NCBI GenBank assembly: GCA_028278585.1 | Contig: JANQEC010000023.1 | Location: 23,947 to 87,946 of the forward strand | Reading direction: 5' to 3' | Length of the DNA: 64,000 nt | DNA from: Cyclobacteriaceae bacterium | GTDB taxonomy: Bacteria > Bacteroidota > Bacteroidia > Cytophagales > Cyclobacteriaceae | Shown: in pieces, positions 54,542-64,000 of the stretch | Position numbering within the stretch: the first letter of the stretch is position 1 | Layout: each line of letters begins with the position of its first letter | The notes under the pieces: model-generated | Told to the model about the DNA's origin: nothing | The model's database searches: none | The model's input: only the letters and a program-made list of their open reading frames with translations | Program-made: the position numbers and the translations under genes

Positions 54542-55918
54542 CTATGCACTCAAACCAAACATCGTGTTGGCAAATGCGGATAATAGATCGACCCTGTTAC
54601 GGACCAATTTTAGTTTTTCTTTGAGTTCGTTTAACTTGAATGCGGCAAGTCTCAAGGCTTTCAGAATGTCATCCTTCTTGATGTTATTGCCTTTGGCGAT
54701 CCGGTTATATACCTTCTCCAATTTCTTCATTGTATTATCTATTTCTTTCTTAAAGATACTTACTTTGATTTTGCCTGTCAAGTTCTTTTTATCGGCATAG
54801 AATTTTGGGTTCCTCATCTTCAAGAAACCTTCAGAACTCTTTCCGGCTTTTTCCCAACTTTGCTTCTTGATAGATGCGATTGTTGGGATCATTAATCCTT
54901 TGCCGAGAAAGAATTGATTCATTTCCTTTAATGGTTTGTCCAATCCCACCTTCAATGGTTTCCACAAGTCTTGATTCATTTGGGCAAAGTCACCTGTAAC
55001 CTTGATAAGATTGTCTTTGAATCTTACTACCAAACCTTCGATCTTTGGATGATTTGCAGGACCCTTTCTAACGCCCTTGAATAATTCGGACGATAGAGAG
55101 ATGAGAATTTCGGCACCAATCTTTGCCGTCAAACTTTTCATGGTGTCAAACAATTCTTCTTGGCTTAGTTTCTCCCAATTCTTGATCTTCTTGACCTCTG
55201 GAAATTTCTTGAAGTCTTTGGCCACTCTTCTCAAATCGTTTCTGATTCGATCTGTAGGAACGTCAATCTGTCCGGTAAAAATCCAATTGGAAGGTTTTGT
55301 TTCTACTACCTTTTTGACCTTTCCCAATTCTCCGAAGTATGATACAACTTTTGATTTGACCTTTACACTCTTGATCTTCTTTGCGAGTTGTGTGAGAACT
55401 TTTGGTAGGTTTCCTTTTTGTGCATATCCTTCATCGTCATTGCCAACAAAACCGTGGAACACAATGAAATTATCTGTATCGGAATACTGAATGATGTTTG
55501 GAATTTCCCCGTACATGATTTCGAGGTTGATGAAATTCTTTTTGGTTCCATCTTCGTTTTGCAGTTGAAACTTCACCTTATCTGCTGGTGAAAGACCTTC
55601 TAAGGCTTTCTGTAGTGCAGCAAACCCTGCACGAAATGTGTCTCCTGCCGGATGGGCTTCTGGAAACTTGGATGCAATATTCGTGGATGGTTTTTCTGTT
55701 GCATTTCTTGCGAAGGTTAGTTTGCCATCGTTGTTGAACCCAACAAACAAATTCACACCATCGACCTTCTCTGTTGCTGCCAAATTTCCAGACAAAAGAT
55801 TGTCATAGAAGTTGAGAAAATCTTCAGGAGACAATACATCATAAGGGTGTGTCATGTGACCGCCAAGGCCGCCTTCCGATAACAATCTTTCCATATAGAA
55901 TCGTTTGAATCTCATCAT
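54542..55918 (-). CDS. conserved large-phage protein with ligase-like KxDG motif (DUF6267-like)
   Basis: EGGxxGHMxHP, TEKVDGVNL, EGLVVR, KVTG. Confidence 0.7.
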   Translation of the reverse strand: MMRFKRFYMERLLSEGGLGGHMTHPYDVLSPEDFLNFYDNLLSGNLAATEKVDGVNLFVGFNNDGKLTFARNATEKPSTNIASKFPEAHPAGDTFRAGFAALQKALEGLSPADKVKFQLQNEDGTKKNFINLEIMYGEIPNIIQYSDTDNFIVFHGFVGNDDEGYAQKGNLPKVLTQLAKKIKSVKVKSKVVSYFGELGKVKKVVETKPSNWIFTGQIDVPTDRIRNDLRRVAKDFKKFPEVKKIKNWEKLSQEELFDTMKSLTAKIGAEILISLSSELFKGVRKGPANHPKIEGLVVRFKDNLIKVTGDFAQMNQDLWKPLKVGLDKPLKEMNQFFLGKGLMIPTIASIKKQSWEKAGKSSEGFLKMRNPKFYADKKNLTGKIKVSIFKKEIDNTMKKLEKVYNRIAKGNNIKKDDILKALRLAAFKLNELKEKLKLVRNRVDLLSAFANTMFGLSA

Positions 55919-55940
55919 TTTTGTTTTCCTGTTTCTTTAG

Positions 55941-56321
55941 TTATGAAACCCATTTTAATACTTCAGATTCTTTTACGCCGGCTTTCTTAGCAGTTGTAAA
56001 GATAAAAGCATTTAACGTTTGCATTCCCATTATGTGTTTGTTGATTAGCTTATTCAATTTCATAAATCCTTCACTACCAAGAATTTGTCCAGATTTTTTG
56101 ATTGGTTTTAGTGTCTTTGACTTAACAGGCATTACCGTTGGTTTTTCATCTTTGAGATTCTCAATCTTAACCTTGTATGTTAGTCTAAATCCACCATGAT
56201 CTATCGTAATAGTTTCGCCTTTAGTTAATTCTGCAAACCTATCAATGACGTTCTTTTTGAATTCAGGAGTTTTTACAAACTCAGGCATTTTGCCTTCTGT
56301 GATAAAATCTTTGAAACCCAT
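55941..56321 (-). CDS. putative head-internal protein
   Basis: N-terminus MGFKDFITE. Confidence 0.6.
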   Translation of the reverse strand: MGFKDFITEGKMPEFVKTPEFKKNVIDRFAELTKGETITIDHGGFRLTYKVKIENLKDEKPTVMPVKSKTLKPIKKSGQILGSEGFMKLNKLINKHIMGMQTLNAFIFTTAKKAGVKESEVLKWVS

Positions 56322-56322
56322 A

Positions 56323-56871
56323 TTACTTTTCTCCCCTTGCTTTGATTCTCTGTACTTTTTGTTGGATTGATTTTCCTTTGGATTTCATCAGCCTTTTCAT
56401 CTTCTTTCCCTGCTTCTTTAACTTCTTGAAAACTTCAGCTGGGTTCAAAGGTTTTTTTCTCTTTACGAATTTTCCTCTTGTTGGTCCCAAAGGCTTGTAT
56501 TCGAATTTTGCACGGAACTGGGCACGTTTTCTCAAATCCCATTTTGCCCATTGACCTTCCGTTGCTTTATTGAGAGCAGCTTTCATTGCTCTGGTTTTCT
56601 TTCTTTCTAAACGTGTCTTTTCTTTTTCCTCTAACTCTTCTTCGTCTTCTTCATCGTCCATTTCTTCTTCATCTTCATCGTCCATTTCTTCATCTTCTTT
56701 CATCTTTTTCTTGCCGTGTTTCTTTCCACAAGACGACTCATCAATCAATTCTTCATCAGTAAAAGAAAAATCCATTGCGATGTCTTCGGATTCTGACTCG
56801 ACCGTTATTTCTTCTTGTGTTAGAAGTGTATCAAATGACTCTTTGTCCTTGTAATACTCTAAGAAACTCAT
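56323..56871 (-). CDS. acidic/basic bipartite protein (prohead core-like)
   Basis: MSFLEYY..E, D/E tract then K/R-rich half. Confidence 0.6.
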   Translation of the reverse strand: MSFLEYYKDKESFDTLLTQEEITVESESEDIAMDFSFTDEELIDESSCGKKHGKKKMKEDEEMDDEDEEEMDDEEDEEELEEKEKTRLERKKTRAMKAALNKATEGQWAKWDLRKRAQFRAKFEYKPLGPTRGKFVKRKKPLNPAEVFKKLKKQGKKMKRLMKSKGKSIQQKVQRIKARGEK

Positions 56872-57269
56872 GTTGGTTCCCCTTCTTCCTCTTGTTGACG
56901 TAATCTATTTATGTTGTATTTGTGCTCTATCGACCAATCACTTTTCTTAGCGTGAGATAAGACAAAGATGAACTTGTTGTGTGGTTCGATTGTTGATTCA
57001 TCCACATCTATCAGATTCCATTGTTTCAAACAATAGATGATAGCATTTCTTCTCAAAATATCTTCTTCACAAATGTTGTCGTATGCGTTTTCTTTCTCTA
57101 ACAAAAACAGTCTCTTAAAATGAACGATGTAATTCTTATCATCTTTTTCATATAGGTAACAACTCGGATACAAAACCTTTTCTTTCTTGTTGGCAATACC
57201 AACCCTTGATAGGGTTTCGATTACGATTTTCTTATCTACCTTTAGTTTTACCTCAATCAAATTTTCCAT
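56868..57269 (-). CDS. regA: translational repressor RegA
   Basis: ETLSRVGIAN...LYPSC...YIVHFK...RRNAI...KYNI. Confidence 0.88.
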   Translation of the reverse strand: MENLIEVKLKVDKKIVIETLSRVGIANKKEKVLYPSCYLYEKDDKNYIVHFKRLFLLEKENAYDNICEEDILRRNAIIYCLKQWNLIDVDESTIEPHNKFIFVLSHAKKSDWSIEHKYNINRLRQQEEEGEPT

Positions 57270-57297
57270 GCCTTCTATCTCCTATTCATATCATAAG

Positions 57298-57305
57298 TAT
57301 TTATA
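57298..57305 (-). promoter_or_regulatory. T4-type late promoter
   Basis: TATAAATA upstream of regA. Confidence 0.6.
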
Positions 57306-57825
57306 CGCTCGATACATCTAAATCAAAATTTACTACCTTGTAAGAGAAGTTACAAGTAAACTCTATTTCCTCTGCAGTACCCATATTCAAGGACAAAGAA
57401 CTAAGACTCAAAAGAAAACAATCTTTGAATCCAAGAATTCCTTTCTTTCGTTTCTCATTATCCAATAGAATTATTTGTATCTTCTTTATGTTTTCGTCAC
57501 GAACCTTTTCAGTTGTAATGTTGTCACCGAATCGTACAGACATGATCCAAGTAAACATATTATAATAGTTTTTCAGGTTCTCATCTGCCTTGAATGTTAC
57601 CTGTAATTGGGACAAGTCTTCGTTTGATCTGGTAACAGGTTGTCGAACAACTTCATTTTGGAAATTCGAAAATGTCTCTGTGAGATTTATGTCAGGCAAT
57701 ACAACCGATTTAACGTACAGGTCATAAAGTGGAATATCTGCAAGATCGCTCACCGTTGGAATGTTACTGAAACTGATTTGCCACTTATCTTGATGAAATA
57801 AATTGACGGTATTTGGCATTGCCAT
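57301..57825 (-). CDS. tail tube terminator/completion protein (T4 gp3-like)
   Basis: VVLPDINL...LQVTF.ADENL.NY...W...F.Y pattern. Confidence 0.7.
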   Translation of the reverse strand: MAMPNTVNLFHQDKWQISFSNIPTVSDLADIPLYDLYVKSVVLPDINLTETFSNFQNEVVRQPVTRSNEDLSQLQVTFKADENLKNYYNMFTWIMSVRFGDNITTEKVRDENIKKIQIILLDNEKRKKGILGFKDCFLLSLSSLSLNMGTAEEIEFTCNFSYKVVNFDLDVSSV

Positions 57826-57852
57826 AGAACATTTCTCTCCTATCTATACAAG

Positions 57853-57860
57853 TATTTATA
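57853..57860 (-). promoter_or_regulatory. T4-type late promoter
   Basis: TATAAATA upstream of the gp3-like gene. Confidence 0.65.
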
Positions 57861-57892
57861 AAAATAAAAGCCACAAATGTTGGTTTGTGGCT
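57861..57892 (-). terminator. intrinsic terminator
   Basis: AGCCACAAA-loop-TTTGTGGCT followed by TTTATTTT. Confidence 0.75.
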
Positions 57893-57919
57893 CTCTATTT
57901 TTACTTCATCCTGTCGGGT

Positions 57920-58255
57920 CTATTCTTCTTCGATTTGGTCGAGTGGATTTTGAATACTCTTAATATCTTCAACAAAAAAGTAACCAAAACCATCTACACC
58001 ATATGATTGCCAATCCATTGACTTCAAGGCATTCATAAACATATCGTAATCAGCATCTTCGATTGCGACATACTTCTTACTGGTAAGAATGGCGTCATCA
58101 CATGCTTGGAGAATTTTTGAACCATTTAGTACATTCAATCCTTGATTAAATATCTTACCTTTAGTAACAACAGTTTTCATCAAATGTGTTGTTTTCCATT
58201 CTTCACCATTAACATGTGGGTATTTCACCTTTTCAACAATCTTAACATACTTCAT
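57920..58255 (-). CDS. hypothetical protein (possible fibre chaperone)
   Basis: AGGAGG RBS, follows the fibre gene. Confidence 0.65.
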   Translation of the reverse strand: MKYVKIVEKVKYPHVNGEEWKTTHLMKTVVTKGKIFNQGLNVLNGSKILQACDDAILTSKKYVAIEDADYDMFMNALKSMDWQSYGVDGFGYFFVEDIKSIQNPLDQIEEE

Positions 58256-58279
58256 ATCAAGTACCTCCTTTAAATAGTA

Positions 58280-60703
58280 TTATGTATCCAAAACCGCCCA
58301 GGCATTACCCAAACAAATAAGGGTTTTGCCACCAAATTCATTTGTACTACCACCAATTGCAATGTCGGTGTTGCCAGGAGTATAGATAATTTCTGTTGCA
58401 CCGCCATTGGCATCTTCTATAACCAAGTAATTTGCATCACCTGTACTTTTGTGGATATACAATCTTTGTCCCAATACTCCATTAGCGAAACCACCAGCTG
58501 TTACGTTTCCACTTGATGTGTCTATTTGTAGAATAGAAGTATTCGAAACGTCCAAATTGGTGAATGCTCCCGGTGTATTATAGGTAGTAGTTTCGAATAT
58601 TGTTCCACCTGTAATAGAAACTGTTCCAGCTTTAATTTCAACACCGTCACTGCCAGCATCCATTGTCATAGTTCCACCAGCGGCTGAAATTGTAATGTCT
58701 CCACTTGATGTCTGTTTATTTGCAATTAATAGTTCCGAAGAACCACCATCACCAAAAATTATAAAGGCACTATCGGTGCTGACAGAACTTCCAAAGTAAA
58801 ACTCTGTATCAATAGGAATCTCTACAAGAGTTGCGTCCAACTTCATATTTCCACCAGCTGCGGAAATTGTGATGTGCCCGGCTGATGCTTGTTGGTTTGC
58901 AATGATAAGTTCAGATGATCCGCCCTCTCCAAAGATCAAGAAAGCGTTGTCTACGCCAGTAGGTGTTCCACCAATATATACCTTAGTATCAATTGGAATA
59001 GCAATTTGATCGGCATCTAATGACATGTTTCCACCAGCGGCTGAAATTGTGATATGACCACTTGATGTCTGTTGATTCGCAATGATGAGTTCGGAAGAAC
59101 CTCCTTCACCAAAGATCAAGAAAGCGTTATCCGATCCAGTAGGTGTTCCACCAATATATACCTTAGTATCAATTGGAATAGCAATTTGATCAGCATCCAA
59201 CGTCATGTTACCGCCGGCAGCTGAGATTGTGATATGTCCAGAAGATGTTTGTTGGTTTGCAATAATTAATTCTGAAGAACCACCCTCTCCAAAGATCAAG
59301 AAAGCATTATCCGATCCGGTAGGGGTTCCACCGATGTATACCTTAGTATCAATAGGGATGGCTATCTGATCTGCATCCAATGTCATATTTCCACCAGCGG
59401 CAGAAATTGTAATGTGTCCAGAAGATGTTTGTTGGTTTGCAATAATGAGTTCGGATGATCCACCTTCACCGAAAATCATAAAGGCATTATCCACACCAGC
59501 AGTATTACCCAAATATACTCTTGTGTCTATTGGTATATCTATCTGGGATCCATCTACTGTTATGGTACTTAATGCACTCAAAGTTATTGTAGAATCTGCT
59601 TCAAGGTTTATGGAATATCCCGAATCAAGTGTGATGTCTGCATAGTACCCATCTGCTTCTAATTCTATATGGCCGGCTTGTAGTTTGTAATCAATATCAC
59701 CACCTGCTGAAACTGTTAGTTTACCAGCACTATCAACATTGTAAATCCAATCTCCAGTTGCTATATCATCATACGACAACATCAAATTATTTTTATCACT
59801 ACCAACAAGTCGTAGTTTTGCACCACTTGGATCAAATCCTACACCAGAAGATGCAATAGAAACGTCACCATCGAAGTAAAGTTTTTGATTTGTTCCAGAT
59901 GTTCCTGCAACTGTTACCCAATAATCATTACCAACAAAAAGGTTAGATATTGTGTTATCTGCATAGAATCTCAACTCTACATCAATTTCTACATCTACTG
60001 AATTGTAATTTGTAGTATCTTTTCTGACGGGAGTATCAAGCCCAGCAATAGCAAACAATACAGGGGCATCAGATGTTTCGTTTCCATCCGAATCTGTTTT
60101 TTGTATGTAAAAGGCAACCTTATTGAATTTGAAGTTACCAATTCCCTTACCCAATCTTGCTTTGTACAATCCAGCAACCTCTCCACCTGTTGCAACAATT
60201 GGAGAATATGCGGCAATTGGAAACATGTTTGCACCGGCACTTAACAATCCATCCGGTGTTAGTGCAGTTCCACCAGAAAGAATATAATCGGATACCGACC
60301 ATTCATCGCCAGAGAGTGAAAATGCAGAACCAGATATTGTATCTGATAATGTTTCGCCATTGTACAAGTTTACATTGTCTGTATCGTTTTGAGTAGTTCC
60401 ACTAATTATAGCATCTGTACCACCAGCAGATACAGTTTCCCCACCGGCAGAAACAAGAATTTCATCCGAAGTTAGTGTATATGCTCCACCAATAGCATCA
60501 ACATTGTATATAATTTCTCCATCTGGAACAGAATCCGCAGAAGTTACTGTGTCGGAAAATGCTGATGTGCTTGCAGTATCGTGAATTGTTGGGTCTGTTC
60601 TTTGATCATAAATAGGAACGAAGTATTTTATTGGAAAATACTGACCCAGTACGCCGGCATTTGCGGCAGCTTCTAAACCACCAGTTACTATAATTGTTTC
60701 CAT
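58280..60703 (-). CDS. tail fibre/baseplate-associated structural protein
   Basis: G/S/T/D-rich, internal 60-aa repeats, structural gene context. Confidence 0.75.
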   Translation of the reverse strand: METIIVTGGLEAAANAGVLGQYFPIKYFVPIYDQRTDPTIHDTASTSAFSDTVTSADSVPDGEIIYNVDAIGGAYTLTSDEILVSAGGETVSAGGTDAIISGTTQNDTDNVNLYNGETLSDTISGSAFSLSGDEWSVSDYILSGGTALTPDGLLSAGANMFPIAAYSPIVATGGEVAGLYKARLGKGIGNFKFNKVAFYIQKTDSDGNETSDAPVLFAIAGLDTPVRKDTTNYNSVDVEIDVELRFYADNTISNLFVGNDYWVTVAGTSGTNQKLYFDGDVSIASSGVGFDPSGAKLRLVGSDKNNLMLSYDDIATGDWIYNVDSAGKLTVSAGGDIDYKLQAGHIELEADGYYADITLDSGYSINLEADSTITLSALSTITVDGSQIDIPIDTRVYLGNTAGVDNAFMIFGEGGSSELIIANQQTSSGHITISAAGGNMTLDADQIAIPIDTKVYIGGTPTGSDNAFLIFGEGGSSELIIANQQTSSGHITISAAGGNMTLDADQIAIPIDTKVYIGGTPTGSDNAFLIFGEGGSSELIIANQQTSSGHITISAAGGNMSLDADQIAIPIDTKVYIGGTPTGVDNAFLIFGEGGSSELIIANQQASAGHITISAAGGNMKLDATLVEIPIDTEFYFGSSVSTDSAFIIFGDGGSSELLIANKQTSSGDITISAAGGTMTMDAGSDGVEIKAGTVSITGGTIFETTTYNTPGAFTNLDVSNTSILQIDTSSGNVTAGGFANGVLGQRLYIHKSTGDANYLVIEDANGGATEIIYTPGNTDIAIGGSTNEFGGKTLICLGNAWAVLDT
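58650..59560 (-). repeat. five ~180-bp coding tandem repeats
   Basis: IPIDT...IFG(E/D)GGSSELxIAN(Q/K)Q...ITISAAGG x5. Confidence 0.9.
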
Positions 60704-60742
60704 TTTTATTTACTCCTTACACATAATTCTATACTATATTAG

Positions 60743-60750
60743 TATTTATA
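60743..60750 (-). promoter_or_regulatory. T4-type late promoter
   Basis: TATAAATA upstream of the fibre gene. Confidence 0.65.
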
Positions 60751-60754
60751 TTAT

Positions 60755-62671
60755 CTACACGGCATCTAAGTCCATATCATCCGTTCCACTATTTGTTCCC
60801 TCTGTATTCATACCATAGTTTAATTGATGATTTCTATAAATTTCGAGGTTAGATAGGGCTCTATTATATACAGAAAACCATCTCAAACAACCAGTAAATG
60901 TCCATCCGGGCAATGATCGTGCACCGATTTCCATATCATCTTGATTGTATGTTTGAGAACCCAAAGCATATGTTGCTGAAACTTGAAAACGACCATCGAC
61001 AAATATTGCCAATTCACTTCCGTTTTTTCTCCAATGAATAGTGTGTTCCGTATCTGCCGATACCACACCAGTTGGCGTATTAAAATCTATATCCCAAGGG
61101 AATGATGTTTCTGTTATCAACCATTCCACACTCCAGCCAGAGGGGGTTGCAGATTTTACTATTTGTCCTATCGAAAAATGCGTATCATCCTTTGGAACAT
61201 AAAAGATGGATTCTGATTCTGCCTCATCTGTTGCACCAGTTCTCAATTTTACTTCAATGGTATAATCTGTATTGTTATCTTGTGCAGACAATCCACCAAA
61301 ATAAGTTTGAATTGCTTTTGCATCATCTACACTTGTTCCCCATCTTACACAACCGGCCGAGACAACATATCCCTCGCCTGGGTCAAAACCAGATAAATCA
61401 GCACTTATTGTTGCTGGGTATGTTGGATGAAAACCAGAAACCTGATCTGTTGATCCATCACCTTGGCCCCAAGCCCAAGGAGCAAGAGCAAATTCTTGTC
61501 CTTCTGTATCTGCTGGTGTCCATGCAAAGAAATCATTATTGCCGATGCCACCAATCCCATCGTCATTATATATGTAGTGTCTCATAGAAATATCTGCACG
61601 TGACTTCAAAAGAGTTTCATCAGCCGCACCAAACACTGCTGAGAATCCTTCAAATACTGTATTGATTGGACGTATAGAATCTATGGCATCAATAATCTTT
61701 GATAGATTTAAAAAGTCTGTAGAATCAGGATCATAAATCTCCGAATCCGATGCCTCTACATCAATTTTAATTGTAAAGTGTGGTGTCAAAAAATAGTTTC
61801 TTGGCAAATCGTTCGCAGCATCTGTGGGATCGTTTTCATTTCTTGCAATGTATTTGTCAAAATCCTCATAACCAGTTCGATATGTTGCTTCATCCGCGGA
61901 AGTAATTGGTCCCTTTGTTGAAGGACCTTCTGTCCAATATCTATACAAGTCAGCAACCAAACCAAAAGAGTACAACATTACTTTGATAGCATTATCGGTT
62001 GTTTTTATTCTATACCAATTCGGTAGATTCTTTATTGCAAATCTAAGATACTTGTTTACTTCTTCATCCGAATTAACTGCCGCTAATTGAGTTCTGTTAA
62101 TGTTTACATCGTATCCCAAATTTCTCGCGAAGAATTCGACATACTCTGTATCAATCAAATCTGGATCATGCAATTCCGTTAGACGTTTTATTTTTTCCAA
62201 TATCGAAATGGTCTTGGTAACAATACCAAATGTTGTTGCGGTTACTTCTGTTACCCCACCATATGCTGAAACATCATAACCATGTGTTAGGGTTGCTGTA
62301 GATCCGTCATCACTAATGGACTCAATCGTATACCAAACTTGTTCGGAAGTTTTTCTGATCAAATCTCCGGCAGAAACTACATCAAATGCACCTGTCCAAC
62401 CGGAAAGGGTTGTGGAATCTGCTGTCCACAATACACTTGCTATAGAACCCGTAGATGAGATATTGAAATCGTATTCTAATGTGGCACTATTACCACCTGT
62501 TGCTGTTTCTGTTGTTTGGATGCCATCGAAACCAACATACAAGTCATTCAAAAAATCTTCGAAGAATTGTAAAAACGTTTCTACTTCCCCACCTGCATAG
62601 TGAGAAGGCAAACAAGAAACAAGGTCTATTTCCTTATTGGAATCGAAATTCGCTTTGTCAATTTCGGCCAT
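60755..62671 (-). CDS. baseplate wedge protein (gp7-like) with C-terminal LamG/ConA-like domain
   Basis: FLQFFE, DPDLID, NWYRIK, IRPINT; C-terminal IFVDG...IG...YNRALS. Confidence 0.7.
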   Translation of the reverse strand: MAEIDKANFDSNKEIDLVSCLPSHYAGGEVETFLQFFEDFLNDLYVGFDGIQTTETATGGNSATLEYDFNISSTGSIASVLWTADSTTLSGWTGAFDVVSAGDLIRKTSEQVWYTIESISDDGSTATLTHGYDVSAYGGVTEVTATTFGIVTKTISILEKIKRLTELHDPDLIDTEYVEFFARNLGYDVNINRTQLAAVNSDEEVNKYLRFAIKNLPNWYRIKTTDNAIKVMLYSFGLVADLYRYWTEGPSTKGPITSADEATYRTGYEDFDKYIARNENDPTDAANDLPRNYFLTPHFTIKIDVEASDSEIYDPDSTDFLNLSKIIDAIDSIRPINTVFEGFSAVFGAADETLLKSRADISMRHYIYNDDGIGGIGNNDFFAWTPADTEGQEFALAPWAWGQGDGSTDQVSGFHPTYPATISADLSGFDPGEGYVVSAGCVRWGTSVDDAKAIQTYFGGLSAQDNNTDYTIEVKLRTGATDEAESESIFYVPKDDTHFSIGQIVKSATPSGWSVEWLITETSFPWDIDFNTPTGVVSADTEHTIHWRKNGSELAIFVDGRFQVSATYALGSQTYNQDDMEIGARSLPGWTFTGCLRWFSVYNRALSNLEIYRNHQLNYGMNTEGTNSGTDDMDLDAV

Positions 62672-62681
62672 TGTATTCTAC

Positions 62682-64000
62682 CTATGTGTTGATTATTGTT
62701 GTTGCTGTAAAACTAAATTTCGGTACTTCATTTCTAATTGAAAACGATGTTATGTTTCCATCCGAATCTATCATATTATTTCTTATTTGAGTTAAAAGAG
62801 AGTTTCTCATTTTCGCCATAATAGAATCGAAATATGTTGAGTTGGCAAATGAGCTTGGCCAATCTGATTCATTTGGTACAAGATCCAAGAGATTGTCATA
62901 CACTCTTTTCATTAATTGAACATTGAAAGAATATTCTGTTACATTTGAATCATCTACTGCTGTTATTCCTGTCCAACCACCAGCAAAACCGTAACCACCA
63001 AGACCATAACCCAAATCTGTGTTCCACCAATCAGTTGCACCCTGTACATATGCTGCGGAAACAGCAGCTGCTGTTTCATTTCCAACAGGAGTTCCAGAAG
63101 TTGCCCATGCGTTGAAATCCGAATCATTATACAAAGCATCAACGTCAACTGTTGTTTGTCCTTCCACCAAGGCAGCTGGAGAGAATGCAATGTTTGTATA
63201 TTGTACTTCTCTGAATTTTTCTATTACTTCTGTAATATTGGATAGGTACACCGCTTTGTTGAAATCAGCATTCTCATCCAAAAATTCGTAAACAGCATTG
63301 GCAATTCTTACAGACACAGAAGTTGCATCAGCAAATCTTCCAACATACACATTTCCTGTTATATCAAAATCTCTGATGAATGGAGAAACGTATACATTTC
63401 TTGCTGTAATTTGTGATCTGGTATTTAGTTTTGCATTGACCGTGTTTACATTTGCTACTGTAGATGTTCCCAAATCATTTGGCGAATTCGCCTTTACGAA
63501 AGTCTTAAAGAAACTATCTGCTGGTTCATCATATATGGTAACAACGTCTTCATCATTCACATCCAAAACTGCAGTAGATAGATTGTTTGCTGGTTCCGTA
63601 GCACTTACTGTTTTTGGTACTATGATAGCGGCATCGGTGTTGTACAAACTACCGATAGCACTCCATAATGCTACGTTGAATAGTTTGAAGATAGGATTGC
63701 CGCCTCTCATTTCTTCTTGTTCGCCCCATGCGATTGCGTTCTTGAAATTGACCGGAGAAGTTAGAGATTTTAGATATGCGGCATAGTCGCCCTTTGTTAC
63801 AAGTCTATCAAGTGCGTAGTACAATGCTGGTGAATTCAATTTGATAGAATCTATTGATTCGGCATCTGCACCATTCTTAATAGAAGTGTTGAGAGCAAAT
63901 TCCAAATTTGCAGTAATGTCATTTGCAGGAATAGGATTGTTGTTTACATACACCGAATTTTGATAGATCAATTTCTTTCCAATAACACCTACTGCATTTG
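62682..64000 (-). CDS. baseplate wedge protein (gp6-like), 5' part outside window
   Basis: GADAESIDSIKLNSP...DRLVTKGDY...AWGE; frame open to the window edge. Confidence 0.85.
   Translation of the reverse strand, partial: NAVGVIGKKLIYQNSVYVNNNPIPANDITANLEFALNTSIKNGADAESIDSIKLNSPALYYALDRLVTKGDYAAYLKSLTSPVNFKNAIAWGEQEEMRGGNPIFKLFNVALWSAIGSLYNTDAAIIVPKTVSATEPANNLSTAVLDVNDEDVVTIYDEPADSFFKTFVKANSPNDLGTSTVANVNTVNAKLNTRSQITARNVYVSPFIRDFDITGNVYVGRFADATSVSVRIANAVYEFLDENADFNKAVYLSNITEVIEKFREVQYTNIAFSPAALVEGQTTVDVDALYNDSDFNAWATSGTPVGNETAAAVSAAYVQGATDWWNTDLGYGLGGYGFAGGWTGITAVDDSNVTEYSFNVQLMKRVYDNLLDLVPNESDWPSSFANSTYFDSIMAKMRNSLLTQIRNNMIDSDGNITSFSIRNEVPKFSFTATTIINT

Noticed and set aside
1-64000. Alternative genetic code or suppressor tRNAs
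   Set aside because: Conserved genes are intact in code 11 with all three stop codons used, and no CTA/TTA/TCA anticodon was found.

Overview
This is a 64-kb segment of a large T4-related (jumbo-type) myophage genome. The evidence is RegA, gp3-, gp6- and gp7-like tail/baseplate genes, a gp30-like ATP-dependent DNA ligase, TATAAATA late promoters and sigma70-like early promoters. 0.3-14.6 kb: about 41 tightly coupled, highly diverged small Tyr/Cys/Trp-rich paralogues in two convergent arrays, interrupted by an early-promoter island. 14.7-26.9 kb: DNA ligase, SLOG protein, RtcB, an RlaP-like nucleotidyltransferase and hypothetical genes. 26.9-39.1 kb: 27 CCA-ended tRNA genes, several with non-canonical loops and including Ile-UAU, plus two tRNA-like RNAs, a structured heptad-repeat RNA directly behind a DIP1984/DUF6847-like gene, and HNH, HD-hydrolase, MBL-hydrolase and phosphatase genes. 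39.2-53.7 kb: a glycan biosynthesis cluster behind a late promoter (colitose, nonulosonate, fucosyl-type GTs, sulfotransferases). 53.7-64 kb: putative head-packaged proteins, regA and tail/baseplate genes. All calls were made by eye from motifs; no database searches were run.
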